Assembly (NCBI RefSeq): GCF_000009045.1
Contig: NC_000964.3
Location: forward strand, 1,530,001 to 1,562,000
Source of the DNA: Bacillus subtilis subsp. subtilis str. 168
GTDB lineage: Bacteria; Bacillota; Bacilli; Bacillales; Bacillaceae
Direction of reading: 5' to 3'
DNA length: 32,000 nt
Under the pieces are notes generated by a model, which worked only from the letters and a program-made list of their open reading frames with translations, did no database searches and was not told the DNA's origin. The position numbers were made by a program, and so were the translations under genes. Positions within the stretch are counted from its first letter, which is position 1, and the number at the start of each line of letters is the position of its first letter. This document shows positions 18,681 to 29,308 of this stretch, one piece after another.

Positions 18681-19310
18681 TTAGTCATTGTTGTTCTTTT
18701 TCATATGATGATCAGATTGATCGTTTTGTTCCTTCTCCATTTCCTGTTGCTGTTTTCTATTTAATTGGTCATTTTGCTGCTTTGTTTGCGGTTCATCTTC
18801 ATTGTCAATCACATCGTTAGGCACTTCGGGAAGCACTCGGCCGACAATTGCAGCTAATTCATCCAGTATACCTGTTACCGGATGGCCCTCGCTGATTTCT
18901 CTGCTCATTTCGCGAAGGCGGCTGACCGTATCGGGATCAGCAATGACTACTGCGTTGGCGCCATATCGATCATTCTTTAGCGCCTGAGCTACAGAATATT
19001 TAATGGTTTCCACTTTGCTTCTGTCCAAAGTATCATCGACATCAATCCCAACAACAGCATAGCCTCCCAGCACAACGGCTGTTGCATCCTTGACGTCGGG
19101 GTTTTTTTCAGCAACGCTGACAAGATGCTTGGCAATATCCGTTCTTGTTCCATTGTCTTTTGTTTCTTGAGTTGTGTCCTTTACGTGAATCGGTTTAGTC
19201 TCCTGCTGTCTTGTTGATTCTTTTTCAACATTCTGGCCCTGTTTTCCTTGTTGATAGGCACAAGCGGACAGGATAAGTGTCAGCTGTATGATAATGAAAA
19301 GAATTCGCAC
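18681..19310 (-). CDS. ylaJ: YhcN/YlaJ-family sporulation lipoprotein (209 aa)
   Basis: Lipobox LILSAC; conserved VAEKNPDVKDATAVVLGGYAVVGIDVD; GTG start after AAGGAGGG. Confidence 0.87.
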   Translation of the reverse strand: MRILFIIIQLTLILSACAYQQGKQGQNVEKESTRQQETKPIHVKDTTQETKDNGTRTDIAKHLVSVAEKNPDVKDATAVVLGGYAVVGIDVDDTLDRSKVETIKYSVAQALKNDRYGANAVVIADPDTVSRLREMSREISEGHPVTGILDELAAIVGRVLPEVPNDVIDNEDEPQTKQQNDQLNRKQQQEMEKEQNDQSDHHMKKNNND

Positions 19311-19464
19311 TTGCGGGTTCCCTCCTTAAAATGCTTTCATTAATTTTATTGTTGAATTAACCTTCTATCTTTATGCACAAAAACATATATTTTAGCAGGC
19401 ATTCACCTTTTTCATCAAAAGAGAAGCAGGAAGAACTTTGACCCTTATATCAGGAGGCTGAGAC

Positions 19465-20793
19465 TTGAGTAAAATTTATGTGTTAGATACGAATGTGTTA
19501 TTACAGGATCCTAACGCGATATTTTCTTTTGAAGAAAATGAGGTTGTCATCCCTGCTGTCGTTTTAGAAGAGGTTGATTCAAAAAAACGGTATATGGACG
19601 AAGTTGGGAGGAATGCAAGGCACGTATCTAAGCTAATCGATGCGCTAAGACAAAAGGGCAGGCTGCATGAGCATGTACCGCTTGACACCGGCGGCACACT
19701 GAGAATTGAACTGAATCATCGTTCGTTTCACCAGCTGCAAGAGATCTTTATTGAAAAGACGAACGATAATCGCATATTAGCCGTTGCGAAAAACTTAAGC
19801 CTCGAGGAAGAAACCAAGGAAAATGGCAGGCCGGTTATCCTTGTCAGTAAGGATGTACTGGTCAGGGTTAAAGCCGACGCAATCGGACTGCTTGCTGAAG
19901 ATTTCTTGAATGACCGGGTTGTGGACAATGATGAAATGTACAGCGGCTATAAAGATTTATATATCAGCCAGCAGCTGTTCAGCTCTTTTTACGGGAAAAA
20001 TCAAATTTCAGTAAACGATGTGAAACAGCATGCGTTTTATCCGAATCAGTTTGCTTTAATGAAGGATGAGCTAGGAGGGTCCTCCTCGGCAGTCGGAATT
20101 GCAGACAAAACCGGAACGGTATTAAAAAGACTCGTATTTGATGATGAACATATATGGGGAATCAGGCCGAAAAATGTACAGCAGACAATGGCATTAGAGC
20201 TTTTGCTGCGGGAAGATATTCCGCTTGTCACCCTGATCGGCAAAGCGGGAACCGGCAAAACGCTCTTAGCTTTGGCGGCAGGGCTATTACAGACAGAAGA
20301 CTTGGGAATATATAAAAAGCTGGTCGTCGCAAGGCCGATTGTTCCTGTTGGCAAGGACATCGGGTATTTGCCAGGCGAAAAAGAGGAAAAGCTAAAGCCT
20401 TGGATGCAGCCGATTTTTGACAACTTAGAGTTTCTGTTTAATGCGAAAAAACCAGGGGAGCTTGATGCTATTTTGGCGGGAATTGGCTCAATTCAGGTAG
20501 AGGCGCTGACTTATATCAGAGGGAGAAGCATTCCAGATCAATTTATTATCATTGATGAAGCGCAAAATTTGACCAGGCATGAGGTGAAAACGTTGCTGAC
20601 GAGAGTCGGTGAGGGCAGTAAAATTGTCTTAATGGGCGACCCTGAACAAATTGATCACCCATATTTAGACAGTCTGAACAATGGTTTGGCCTATGTGGTT
20701 GAGCGGTTTAAAGGACAACCCATCTCAGGCAGCGTGAAGCTGTTAAAAGGTGAGAGATCAGGTCTCGCCCAGCTTGCAGCTGATTTGCTGTAA
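19465..20793 (+). CDS. ylaK: PIN domain / PhoH-like ATPase fusion protein (442 aa)
   Basis: N-terminal PIN (YVLDTNVLLQDP), Walker A GKAGTGKT, Walker B QFIIIDEAQNL; TTG start after AGGAGG. Confidence 0.92.
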   Translation: MSKIYVLDTNVLLQDPNAIFSFEENEVVIPAVVLEEVDSKKRYMDEVGRNARHVSKLIDALRQKGRLHEHVPLDTGGTLRIELNHRSFHQLQEIFIEKTNDNRILAVAKNLSLEEETKENGRPVILVSKDVLVRVKADAIGLLAEDFLNDRVVDNDEMYSGYKDLYISQQLFSSFYGKNQISVNDVKQHAFYPNQFALMKDELGGSSSAVGIADKTGTVLKRLVFDDEHIWGIRPKNVQQTMALELLLREDIPLVTLIGKAGTGKTLLALAAGLLQTEDLGIYKKLVVARPIVPVGKDIGYLPGEKEEKLKPWMQPIFDNLEFLFNAKKPGELDAILAGIGSIQVEALTYIRGRSIPDQFIIIDEAQNLTRHEVKTLLTRVGEGSKIVLMGDPEQIDHPYLDSLNNGLAYVVERFKGQPISGSVKLLKGERSGLAQLAADLL

Positions 20794-20796
20794 CAC

Positions 20797-21282
20797 TTAA
20801 ATGATTTCGATCTCTTTTACATCGGTAATCGGCTGTTTGTGATGAACCGGGTCTTCAAAGTAAATATGCACGGGGCCGCCTTCTTGAATCGGCTTGCCTG
20901 CCTCACTGAAATGGACAATACTGTTCAGAGCGGTTTCCAGAGAAACGGCGGCCTTTCCCGAACTTGTGACAAATACACATTGTGTCGCAGAGCTGTTCGG
21001 CTCAGCATTTTTCAGGACAGTCCCAAGTCTCATTGCGAAACTGCCGTTCATCAGTTTTTGCTTCTCATATTGCTTTTCCGTCTTTAATGTAGGCGGCGCG
21101 ATTCGCCCCTCTCTGATGACGCGTTCCGGATCAAGGTCGGATTCATCCCCGGCTGATTGTAAATATGTGTCTTGACTGTCCCCTTTGCGGTCAAACGAAA
21201 ATTTGCGATCATCAAAAATCCATACGCTTGGATCAATGGTAATTGGATATGTAACATTGCCTTTTACTTGGATAACGCTCAT
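20797..21282 (-). CDS. ylaL: Conserved protein YlaL (161 aa)
   Basis: ATG at 21282 preceded by AGAAGGGGGT; [25 protein letters not shown]. The track start is 17 codons upstream of the ribosome-binding site. Confidence 0.82.
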
Positions 21283-21384
21283 GATATGACCCCCTTCTCT
21301 CAAAATTATAAAAGTTTTCGCATGAATTGTCACTTTGTGTACAAATTATGTGTATTGAAATGCTGAGGGAACGAGGGTGTTTGC

Positions 21385-22314
21385 ATGGTATGCCAGCATA
21401 ATGATGAGCTTGAAGCCTTAGTGAAAAAGGCGAAAAAAGTAACGGACAAGGGGGAGGTAGCCAGCTATATTCCCGCCTTGGCAAAAGCTGATAAACACGA
21501 CCTGTCAGTGGCGATTTATTATTCCAATAATGTTTGTCTGTCAGCAGGTGACGTAGAAAAAACATTTACGCTTCAAAGTATATCGAAAGTCCTTTCCCTT
21601 GCTTTGGTGTTAATGGAATACGGCAAAGATAAGGTCTTCAGTTATGTTGGACAGGAGCCGACCGGTGATCCGTTTAATTCAATTATCAAGCTCGAAACAG
21701 TGAATCCGAGCAAGCCGTTAAACCCTATGATTAATGCCGGGGCATTGGTAGTGACAAGTCTGATAAGGGGAAGAACGGTAAAAGAGAGACTTGATTATTT
21801 GCTTTCTTTTATCAGAAGGCTGACAAACAACCAAGAGATTACATACTGCCGGGAAGTGGCTGAATCTGAATACAGCACTTCAATGATTAATCGGGCGATG
21901 TGTTATTATATGAAGCAGTACGGCATTTTTGAAGATGATGTAGAGGCAGTAATGGATTTATATACGAAGCAATGCGCGATTGAGATGAACAGCTTGGATT
22001 TAGCGAAAATCGGATCTGTATTCGCATTGAACGGCAGACATCCAGAGACTGGGGAGCAGGTCATCTCAAAAGATGTCGCTAGAATTTGCAAAACGTTTAT
22101 GGTGACGTGCGGAATGTACAATGCAAGCGGGGAATTCGCAATTAAGGTCGGAATTCCTGCGAAAAGCGGCGTATCCGGCGGGATAATGGGCATTTCGCCT
22201 TACGATTTCGGGATCGGCATATTCGGCCCCGCATTAGACGAAAAAGGGAACAGCATTGCAGGTGTAAAGCTTTTGGAAATAATGTCTGAGATGTACAGGC
22301 TGAGTATTTTTTAA
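21385..22314 (+). CDS. glsA2: Glutaminase (309 aa)
   Basis: LADVxxVYIP-like region, QSISKVLSLALVL, NPMINAGALVV, AKSGVSGGIMG. Confidence 0.94.
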   Translation: MVCQHNDELEALVKKAKKVTDKGEVASYIPALAKADKHDLSVAIYYSNNVCLSAGDVEKTFTLQSISKVLSLALVLMEYGKDKVFSYVGQEPTGDPFNSIIKLETVNPSKPLNPMINAGALVVTSLIRGRTVKERLDYLLSFIRRLTNNQEITYCREVAESEYSTSMINRAMCYYMKQYGIFEDDVEAVMDLYTKQCAIEMNSLDLAKIGSVFALNGRHPETGEQVISKDVARICKTFMVTCGMYNASGEFAIKVGIPAKSGVSGGIMGISPYDFGIGIFGPALDEKGNSIAGVKLLEIMSEMYRLSIF

Positions 22315-22411
22315 TTTATGTCATATGCTTAAATCCTCTTGCATTTTCTGTTGATACCCTTTATGATAAATAGAAGAATTAGGTACTCGCCTGGGGAACG
22401 GAGGGATACTT

Positions 22412-22693
22412 TTGGCTTCAGAGATGATAGTTGACCATCGGCAAAAAGCTTTTGAACTCTTAAAAGTGGACGCTGAGAAGATTTTGAAGCTGATCCGAGT
22501 ACAAATGGATAACTTAACGATGCCTCAATGTCCTCTATATGAAGAGGTTTTAGATACTCAAATGTTCGGGCTTTCGAGGGAAATCGATTTTGCTGTCCGC
22601 CTGGGATTGGTTGATGAAAAAGACGGTAAAGACCTTTTATACACATTGGAGCGCGAATTGTCTGCTTTGCATGACGCGTTTACAGCTAAATAA
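22412..22693 (+). CDS. ylaN: Small conserved protein YlaN (93 aa)
   Basis: [67 protein letters not shown]; TTG start after GGAGGG. Confidence 0.9.
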   Translation: MASEMIVDHRQKAFELLKVDAEKILKLIRVQMDNLTMPQCPLYEEVLDTQMFGLSREIDFAVRLGLVDEKDGKDLLYTLERELSALHDAFTAK

Positions 22694-22696
22694 ATG

Positions 22697-22735
22697 ATAA
22701 AACTCAAACTTATTAACAGTTTGGGTTTTTTTATA
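22697..22735 (+). terminator. Terminator after ylaN
   Basis: aaaactcaaact(tattaac)agtttgggttttttt stem-loop. Confidence 0.78.
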
Positions 22736-22898
22736 ACCGCTATTTTTCTCTCATCTCATAAAAGACGGTCTTTTTTTACACATTCCTTCCGAATCGTATA
22801 GAGATTCTTCGTCTCGTTTGATAAATTGTAGTAAAATAAAAAAGATAAATACATAAAAACCATAGATAATGGAAGTTAGAAGCAGGGAAGAGGATGTT

Positions 22899-24110
22899 AT
22901 GTTAAAAAAAATGCTAAAATCTTATGATTACTCACTGATATTCGCAATCGTTTTATTATGCGGATTCGGTTTAGTGATGGTATACAGCTCAAGCATGATT
23001 ACGGCTGTCTCCCGGTATGGAGTAAGCAGTAATTTTTTCTTCATGCGGCAGCTGTTTGCTTTAATTGCGGGTGGCGCTCTATTTATTCTCATGGCGTTGT
23101 TTCCTTATAAAGCACTGGCCCATCAAAAGTTTCAGAAGGGGATACTGCTTGTATCTGTTCTTGCGCTTATCTCACTGTTTGTTTTCGGGCATGTTGCCGG
23201 AAACGCGCAGAGCTGGTTTAAAATCGGCGGAATGAGTATTCAGCCGGGGGAGTTTGTGAAACTGGTCGTGATTTTATACCTTGCAGCCGTATATGCAAAA
23301 AAACAAAGTTATATCGACCATCTGTTAACGGGAGTAGCCCCTCCGGTAGTCATGACGCTTATAATTTGTGGGTTAATTGCCATGCAGCCAGATTTCGGTA
23401 CAGCCATGATTATAGGGTTAATTGCGACGTGCATGATCTTGTGCTCCGGCTTCAGCGGAAAGACGCTGGTGAGGCTTGTGATACTGGGCGGAATTGTTTT
23501 CATTTTAGTCAGCCCTATTATCTATTTGAATCAGGACAAAATTTTAACTGAAGGCCGTTTAGCGCGTTTTGAGAGTCTTGAAGACCCATTTAAGTATGCA
23601 AATTCATCAGGTTTGCAAGTGATCAATTCTTATTATGCGATCAGCTCAGGCGGCATTTTCGGCCTGGGGCTCGGTGAAAGTATCCAAAAATACGGATATC
23701 TGCCTGAATCACACACTGACTTTATTATGGCTGTCATTGCTGAAGAGCTCGGCATTTTTGGGGTATTGTTTGTGATTTTCTTATTGGGTTTTGTCGTCAT
23801 AAAAGGTTTTTATATTGCCAGAAAATGCGAGGACCCGTTTGGAAGTCTTCTGGCGATCGGCATTTCAAGCATGATTGCCATCCAGTCGTTTATTAACCTT
23901 GGCGGTGTCAGCGGATTAATTCCGATTACAGGGGTTACGCTGCCATTTATCAGTTACGGGGGCTCTTCTTTGGTGCTGCTGCTGGGGAGTATGGGGATAT
24001 TAGCGAATATCAGCATGTTTGTGAAATATTCAGAGAATAAGAAAAAGAAAGAGCCCTTGGCGCCGAAGGGAATGAAAAAGAAACAGCTCAAAAAAACTGT
24101 TTATCTGTAA
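22899..24110 (+). CDS. ftsW: Peptidoglycan glycosyltransferase FtsW, SEDS family (403 aa)
   Basis: Polytopic SEDS protein with FISYGGSSLV signature; ATG at 22899 after GGAAGAGG, not the track's 22869. Confidence 0.93.
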   Translation: MLKKMLKSYDYSLIFAIVLLCGFGLVMVYSSSMITAVSRYGVSSNFFFMRQLFALIAGGALFILMALFPYKALAHQKFQKGILLVSVLALISLFVFGHVAGNAQSWFKIGGMSIQPGEFVKLVVILYLAAVYAKKQSYIDHLLTGVAPPVVMTLIICGLIAMQPDFGTAMIIGLIATCMILCSGFSGKTLVRLVILGGIVFILVSPIIYLNQDKILTEGRLARFESLEDPFKYANSSGLQVINSYYAISSGGIFGLGLGESIQKYGYLPESHTDFIMAVIAEELGIFGVLFVIFLLGFVVIKGFYIARKCEDPFGSLLAIGISSMIAIQSFINLGGVSGLIPITGVTLPFISYGGSSLVLLLGSMGILANISMFVKYSENKKKKEPLAPKGMKKKQLKKTVYL

Positions 24111-24144
24111 AAAACAAGTGTGTACAGGGGAAGGATATTCCGCT

Positions 24145-24171
24145 ATGATAGATTATATTCCATTCGGGTAA
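24145..24171 (+). other. Possible short leader ORF upstream of pycA (MIDYIPFG)
   Basis: AGGGGAAGGA, 9-nt spacer, ATG ATA GAT TAT ATT CCA TTC GGG TAA; stop overlaps the start of the pycA ribosome-binding sequence. Confidence 0.3.
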
Positions 24172-24184
24172 GGGGGAGAAAAGT

Positions 24185-27100
24185 TTGTCTCAGCAATCGA
24201 TACAAAAAGTATTAGTAGCAAACAGGGGAGAAATTGCAATCCGAATATTCCGGGCGTGTACCGAGTTGAATATTCGTACAGTTGCGGTCTATTCAAAAGA
24301 AGATTCCGGTTCCTACCATCGGTACAAAGCGGATGAAGCATACTTGGTCGGTGAAGGGAAAAAACCGATTGATGCTTACCTGGATATTGAAGGTATCATT
24401 GATATTGCGAAAAGAAACAAAGTCGATGCAATTCATCCGGGATACGGTTTCTTATCTGAAAATATTCATTTTGCGAGACGATGTGAAGAAGAAGGCATCG
24501 TATTCATAGGGCCAAAATCCGAGCATCTCGATATGTTTGGTGACAAGGTAAAAGCGCGTGAGCAGGCAGAAAAAGCGGGAATCCCCGTGATTCCGGGAAG
24601 CGACGGTCCTGCCGAAACGCTTGAAGCCGTCGAACAATTTGGACAAGCTAACGGTTATCCGATCATCATTAAAGCCTCGCTTGGCGGCGGCGGCCGCGGT
24701 ATGCGGATTGTCAGATCTGAAAGTGAAGTTAAAGAAGCATATGAGCGTGCTAAATCAGAGGCGAAAGCAGCCTTTGGCAATGATGAAGTTTATGTAGAAA
24801 AATTAATTGAGAATCCGAAACATATTGAGGTTCAGGTCATTGGAGACAAGCAGGGCAATGTCGTCCATCTTTTTGAGAGGGATTGCTCCGTTCAAAGACG
24901 CCATCAAAAAGTCATTGAAGTGGCGCCGAGTGTCTCGCTGTCACCTGAATTAAGGGACCAAATTTGTGAGGCTGCAGTTGCGCTTGCCAAAAATGTAAAC
25001 TATATAAATGCGGGGACGGTCGAATTCCTTGTTGCAAACAACGAGTTCTACTTTATTGAAGTAAATCCTCGCGTACAAGTTGAACACACGATAACAGAAA
25101 TGATTACTGGTGTCGATATTGTTCAAACTCAGATCCTTGTTGCCCAAGGGCACAGCCTTCACAGCAAAAAAGTAAATATTCCTGAGCAAAAGGACATTTT
25201 TACAATCGGCTATGCCATTCAGTCACGGGTTACGACTGAGGATCCGCAAAATGATTTCATGCCTGATACAGGAAAAATCATGGCTTACCGCTCAGGCGGC
25301 GGTTTTGGTGTCCGTCTTGATACCGGAAACAGCTTCCAGGGCGCCGTGATCACACCATACTATGATTCACTTCTCGTTAAGCTTTCAACTTGGGCTTTAA
25401 CGTTTGAACAGGCAGCTGCCAAAATGGTGCGAAACCTTCAGGAGTTTAGAATCAGAGGCATAAAAACGAACATTCCGTTCCTTGAGAACGTTGCAAAGCA
25501 TGAGAAGTTCCTGACAGGGCAATATGATACATCTTTCATTGATACAACGCCTGAATTATTTAATTTCCCTAAACAAAAAGACCGCGGAACGAAAATGCTC
25601 ACTTACATCGGCAATGTGACAGTGAACGGCTTCCCTGGAATCGGGAAAAAAGAAAAACCGGCGTTTGACAAACCGTTAGGCGTAAAGGTAGACGTTGATC
25701 AGCAGCCTGCCAGAGGAACAAAGCAAATTCTCGATGAAAAAGGTGCAGAAGGGCTTGCAAATTGGGTTAAGGAGCAGAAATCTGTCCTTTTAACTGATAC
25801 GACATTCAGGGATGCCCACCAATCGTTATTGGCAACTAGAATCAGATCGCATGATTTGAAAAAAATCGCAAATCCGACGGCTGCGTTATGGCCTGAACTA
25901 TTCAGTATGGAAATGTGGGGAGGCGCGACCTTCGATGTAGCCTACCGATTCCTGAAAGAAGATCCGTGGAAACGTTTGGAAGATCTTCGCAAAGAAGTGC
26001 CGAATACCTTATTCCAGATGTTGCTTCGCTCATCAAATGCGGTCGGCTATACGAATTATCCGGACAATGTGATTAAAGAATTTGTGAAGCAATCAGCTCA
26101 ATCCGGTATTGATGTGTTTCGTATTTTCGACAGCTTAAACTGGGTAAAAGGGATGACGTTAGCCATTGATGCTGTTAGGGATACCGGCAAAGTGGCAGAA
26201 GCTGCGATTTGTTATACGGGAGATATCCTTGACAAGAACCGGACGAAGTACGACCTTGCATATTATACATCGATGGCGAAGGAGCTTGAGGCGGCCGGAG
26301 CCCATATTCTCGGGATTAAAGATATGGCAGGGCTGTTAAAACCGCAGGCTGCATATGAGCTCGTTTCTGCGTTGAAAGAAACGATCGACATTCCGGTTCA
26401 CCTTCATACGCATGATACGAGCGGAAACGGTATTTATATGTATGCGAAAGCTGTTGAAGCCGGCGTTGATATCATAGACGTGGCGGTCAGCTCAATGGCG
26501 GGATTAACGTCACAGCCTAGCGCGAGCGGATTTTATCATGCGATGGAAGGCAACGACCGCCGTCCGGAAATGAATGTCCAAGGCGTTGAATTGCTGTCCC
26601 AATATTGGGAGTCGGTGCGTAAATATTATAGTGAATTTGAAAGCGGAATGAAGTCTCCGCATACTGAAATTTATGAACACGAAATGCCAGGGGGCCAATA
26701 CAGCAACCTGCAGCAGCAAGCCAAGGGAGTAGGCCTTGGCGACCGCTGGAACGAAGTCAAGGAAATGTACAGACGCGTGAACGATATGTTCGGTGACATC
26801 GTCAAGGTAACGCCTTCCTCAAAAGTAGTCGGAGATATGGCACTCTACATGGTGCAAAACAATCTGACTGAAAAAGACGTTTACGAAAAAGGTGAATCTT
26901 TAGATTTCCCTGATTCTGTCGTGGAGCTTTTTAAAGGAAATATCGGCCAGCCTCATGGCGGATTCCCAGAAAAACTGCAAAAGCTGATCTTAAAAGGGCA
27001 GGAGCCGATTACAGTCAGACCGGGCGAACTGCTTGAGCCGGTGTCATTTGAAGCGATCAAACAGGAATTTAAAGAGCAGCATAACTTGGAAATTTCAGAT

Positions 27101-27631
27101 CAGGATGCTGTGGCATATGCCCTTTATCCTAAAGTCTTCACTGATTATGTGAAAACGACAGAAAGCTATGGAGACATCTCGGTATTAGATACACCGACAT
27201 TCTTCTACGGTATGACATTAGGTGAAGAGATAGAAGTTGAAATTGAGCGCGGCAAAACGCTGATCGTTAAGCTGATTTCAATCGGTGAGCCTCAGCCTGA
27301 TGCCACCCGCGTCGTTTATTTCGAACTCAACGGGCAGCCGCGTGAAGTAGTCATTAAAGATGAAAGCATTAAGTCTTCCGTTCAGGAAAGGCTGAAAGCA
27401 GACCGGACAAATCCAAGCCACATCGCAGCTTCCATGCCTGGAACAGTTATTAAGGTATTGGCTGAAGCAGGCACAAAAGTCAATAAAGGTGATCATTTGA
27501 TGATTAATGAAGCGATGAAAATGGAAACAACGGTTCAGGCGCCTTTCTCAGGAACAATCAAGCAGGTTCATGTGAAAAATGGTGAGCCGATCCAAACGGG
27601 AGATCTGCTCCTTGAAATTGAAAAAGCATAA
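24185..27631 (+). CDS. pycA: Pyruvate carboxylase (1148 aa)
   Basis: Biotin carboxylase, carboxyltransferase (TTFRDAHQSLLATR) and biotinyl (NEAMKMETT) domains; TTG start after AAGGGGGAG. Confidence 0.97.
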   Translation: MSQQSIQKVLVANRGEIAIRIFRACTELNIRTVAVYSKEDSGSYHRYKADEAYLVGEGKKPIDAYLDIEGIIDIAKRNKVDAIHPGYGFLSENIHFARRCEEEGIVFIGPKSEHLDMFGDKVKAREQAEKAGIPVIPGSDGPAETLEAVEQFGQANGYPIIIKASLGGGGRGMRIVRSESEVKEAYERAKSEAKAAFGNDEVYVEKLIENPKHIEVQVIGDKQGNVVHLFERDCSVQRRHQKVIEVAPSVSLSPELRDQICEAAVALAKNVNYINAGTVEFLVANNEFYFIEVNPRVQVEHTITEMITGVDIVQTQILVAQGHSLHSKKVNIPEQKDIFTIGYAIQSRVTTEDPQNDFMPDTGKIMAYRSGGGFGVRLDTGNSFQGAVITPYYDSLLVKLSTWALTFEQAAAKMVRNLQEFRIRGIKTNIPFLENVAKHEKFLTGQYDTSFIDTTPELFNFPKQKDRGTKMLTYIGNVTVNGFPGIGKKEKPAFDKPLGVKVDVDQQPARGTKQILDEKGAEGLANWVKEQKSVLLTDTTFRDAHQSLLATRIRSHDLKKIANPTAALWPELFSMEMWGGATFDVAYRFLKEDPWKRLEDLRKEVPNTLFQMLLRSSNAVGYTNYPDNVIKEFVKQSAQSGIDVFRIFDSLNWVKGMTLAIDAVRDTGKVAEAAICYTGDILDKNRTKYDLAYYTSMAKELEAAGAHILGIKDMAGLLKPQAAYELVSALKETIDIPVHLHTHDTSGNGIYMYAKAVEAGVDIIDVAVSSMAGLTSQPSASGFYHAMEGNDRRPEMNVQGVELLSQYWESVRKYYSEFESGMKSPHTEIYEHEMPGGQYSNLQQQAKGVGLGDRWNEVKEMYRRVNDMFGDIVKVTPSSKVVGDMALYMVQNNLTEKDVYEKGESLDFPDSVVELFKGNIGQPHGGFPEKLQKLILKGQEPITVRPGELLEPVSFEAIKQEFKEQHNLEISDQDAVAYALYPKVFTDYVKTTESYGDISVLDTPTFFYGMTLGEEIEVEIERGKTLIVKLISIGEPQPDATRVVYFELNGQPREVVIKDESIKSSVQERLKADRTNPSHIAASMPGTVIKVLAEAGTKVNKGDHLMINEAMKMETTVQAPFSGTIKQVHVKNGEPIQTGDLLLEIEKA

Positions 27632-27633
27632 AA

Positions 27634-27673
27634 AACAAAGAGTGTATATCAATGATATACACTCTTGTTTTTT
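27634..27673 (+). terminator. Terminator after pycA
   Basis: gagtgtatatc(aat)gatatacactc with T-tract. Confidence 0.9.
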
Positions 27674-27993
27674 ATATAGAAAATGTGGAGTGAAACAGAT
27701 GGTTAGAAGAGATATAAGGGGACTTCAGAGATTATAGAGTACTGTCACAAGCCCAAAATAAAAAGAGGCTTATACAGCCAATATTTTAGATGCTTTGTAG
27801 TATGCCGTGCATATTTCTTTAAGCACTATCTGATTTAAAAGGCTTTAATACTTATGTTCGCGAGCTATAGATCCATATGAAATTTCTATAATCACGATGA
27901 GAAAGGGGACAGACCGAAGTGAGCCGCTCACTGATCATCAAGTTCGGCGAAGGCTGGCGATTGAAACGCATAAAGCGCCAAAAAACAAGACAT

Positions 27994-28027
27994 AAAAAAG
28001 ACCAAAGCCGCCTAAGGCTTTGGTCTT
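27994..28027 (-). terminator. Terminator of ctaA (- strand)
   Basis: Reverse strand AAGACCAAAGCC(TTAGG)CGGCTTTGGTCTTTTTT. Confidence 0.87.
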
Positions 28028-28033
28028 GAGTCC

Positions 28034-28954
28034 TTATGATTGCCTGGATTCATAACGGAAACGAGCAATCAATAATAAGAAGTAGCATAGAACGCCAAAC
28101 AGACAGGCAATAAAGAACGAGTGGGCAAGTGCAAAGCCCAGAGCCAGTTCAGAGTATACGATCATAATACCGGACAGTGCCTGTAATGTAATGAAAATAA
28201 GACATGAGATCCATCCCCAAAAGATCTGTTTTTGATCTTTATAGGAAGTAATAGCATGAACAGCGGCAACAATAATCCATACAAATAAAAGTAAGGCTGC
28301 TGCTCTGTGGCCCATTTGCACCCATTCATGGAATTGGGTCGGAAGTCCATTGTTCAGCGGGCTGCACAGCGGCACATTAGGACATGCCAGACTTGATTCA
28401 GTGTGTCTTACATATGCGCCTGTATACACAACGATATAGGAATATATTAAAATTCCTATCATGTGAAATTGCATCTTTTTGCCGATTTGAAGCGGCTTAA
28501 CCAGTGTTCTGACTGATTTATCAGCTTCAAATATGAGCAATGTTAAAATAAGCACTGAAGCAAAAGAAATTAATGAGATGCCGAAGTGAAGCGCCATAAT
28601 CAGCGCGTTCGAACCGAATACGACAGCCAATGCGCCAAGCAATGCCTGAAGAAATAAAAAGATAATTGACATGATCGCGAGAAACGTTGTTTCACGAAAA
28701 ATCGGCGTGATTTTTCTCCATGACCAAAACGCAAGGCTTAGCACAAGGATAATAGAGATTCCGCTTGCGAATCGGTGGCTCCATTCAATAATTGAAGCCG
28801 GATTCAGTTCAGGGAAAAAACGGCCGTGACACAGCGGCCACTGTCTGCCGCATCCTTGGCCGGAACCTGTTTTTGTAACGAGGGCACCCCCGATTAAAAC
28901 AATTAGCATGACAAATGTCGTCAGAACACCGAGAGCTTTTAATGCTTTATTCAT
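28034..28954 (-). CDS. ctaA: Heme A synthase (306 aa)
   Basis: Polytopic; conserved [22 protein letters not shown] and [20 protein letters not shown]. Confidence 0.95.
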
Positions 28955-29308
28955 ACAATATTCACCTTCTTAACATACTGCTGCAATTTTATATACGTTC
29001 CAAGTGTAAGCGAATATGTGTTTTGTGGCAATTCCCAGAGCCTTTTGTTCACAAAAATATAATAGAATGACGGCTTCTGGAAAATGTACACTTGATTATT
29101 CATGCCGGGTCTGATAGAAATAAGGTAAACGCAATGCCGATTTGGAGATTGCCTTCATCTTTGGTAAAATTCATAAAAAGTTCACAAATAAATTCCTGTT
29201 TGTCGTTTAATATTTAATAGGATGTTTTTTTACAAGATGTTATCTTGTATGATAGAGTTGCAGGTTATTTTATTCTCCTGCGTTAGGTTTGTAAGGGAGG
29301 TTTACGTT

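Noticed and set aside
22329-22646. 105-aa ORF antisense to ylaN
   Set aside because: Overlaps the well-supported ylaN on the opposite strand, with a composition unlike a real protein.
24153-24341. 62-aa antisense ORF over the pycA 5' end
   Set aside because: Conflicts with the clearly supported pycA start and its ribosome-binding sequence; no domain.
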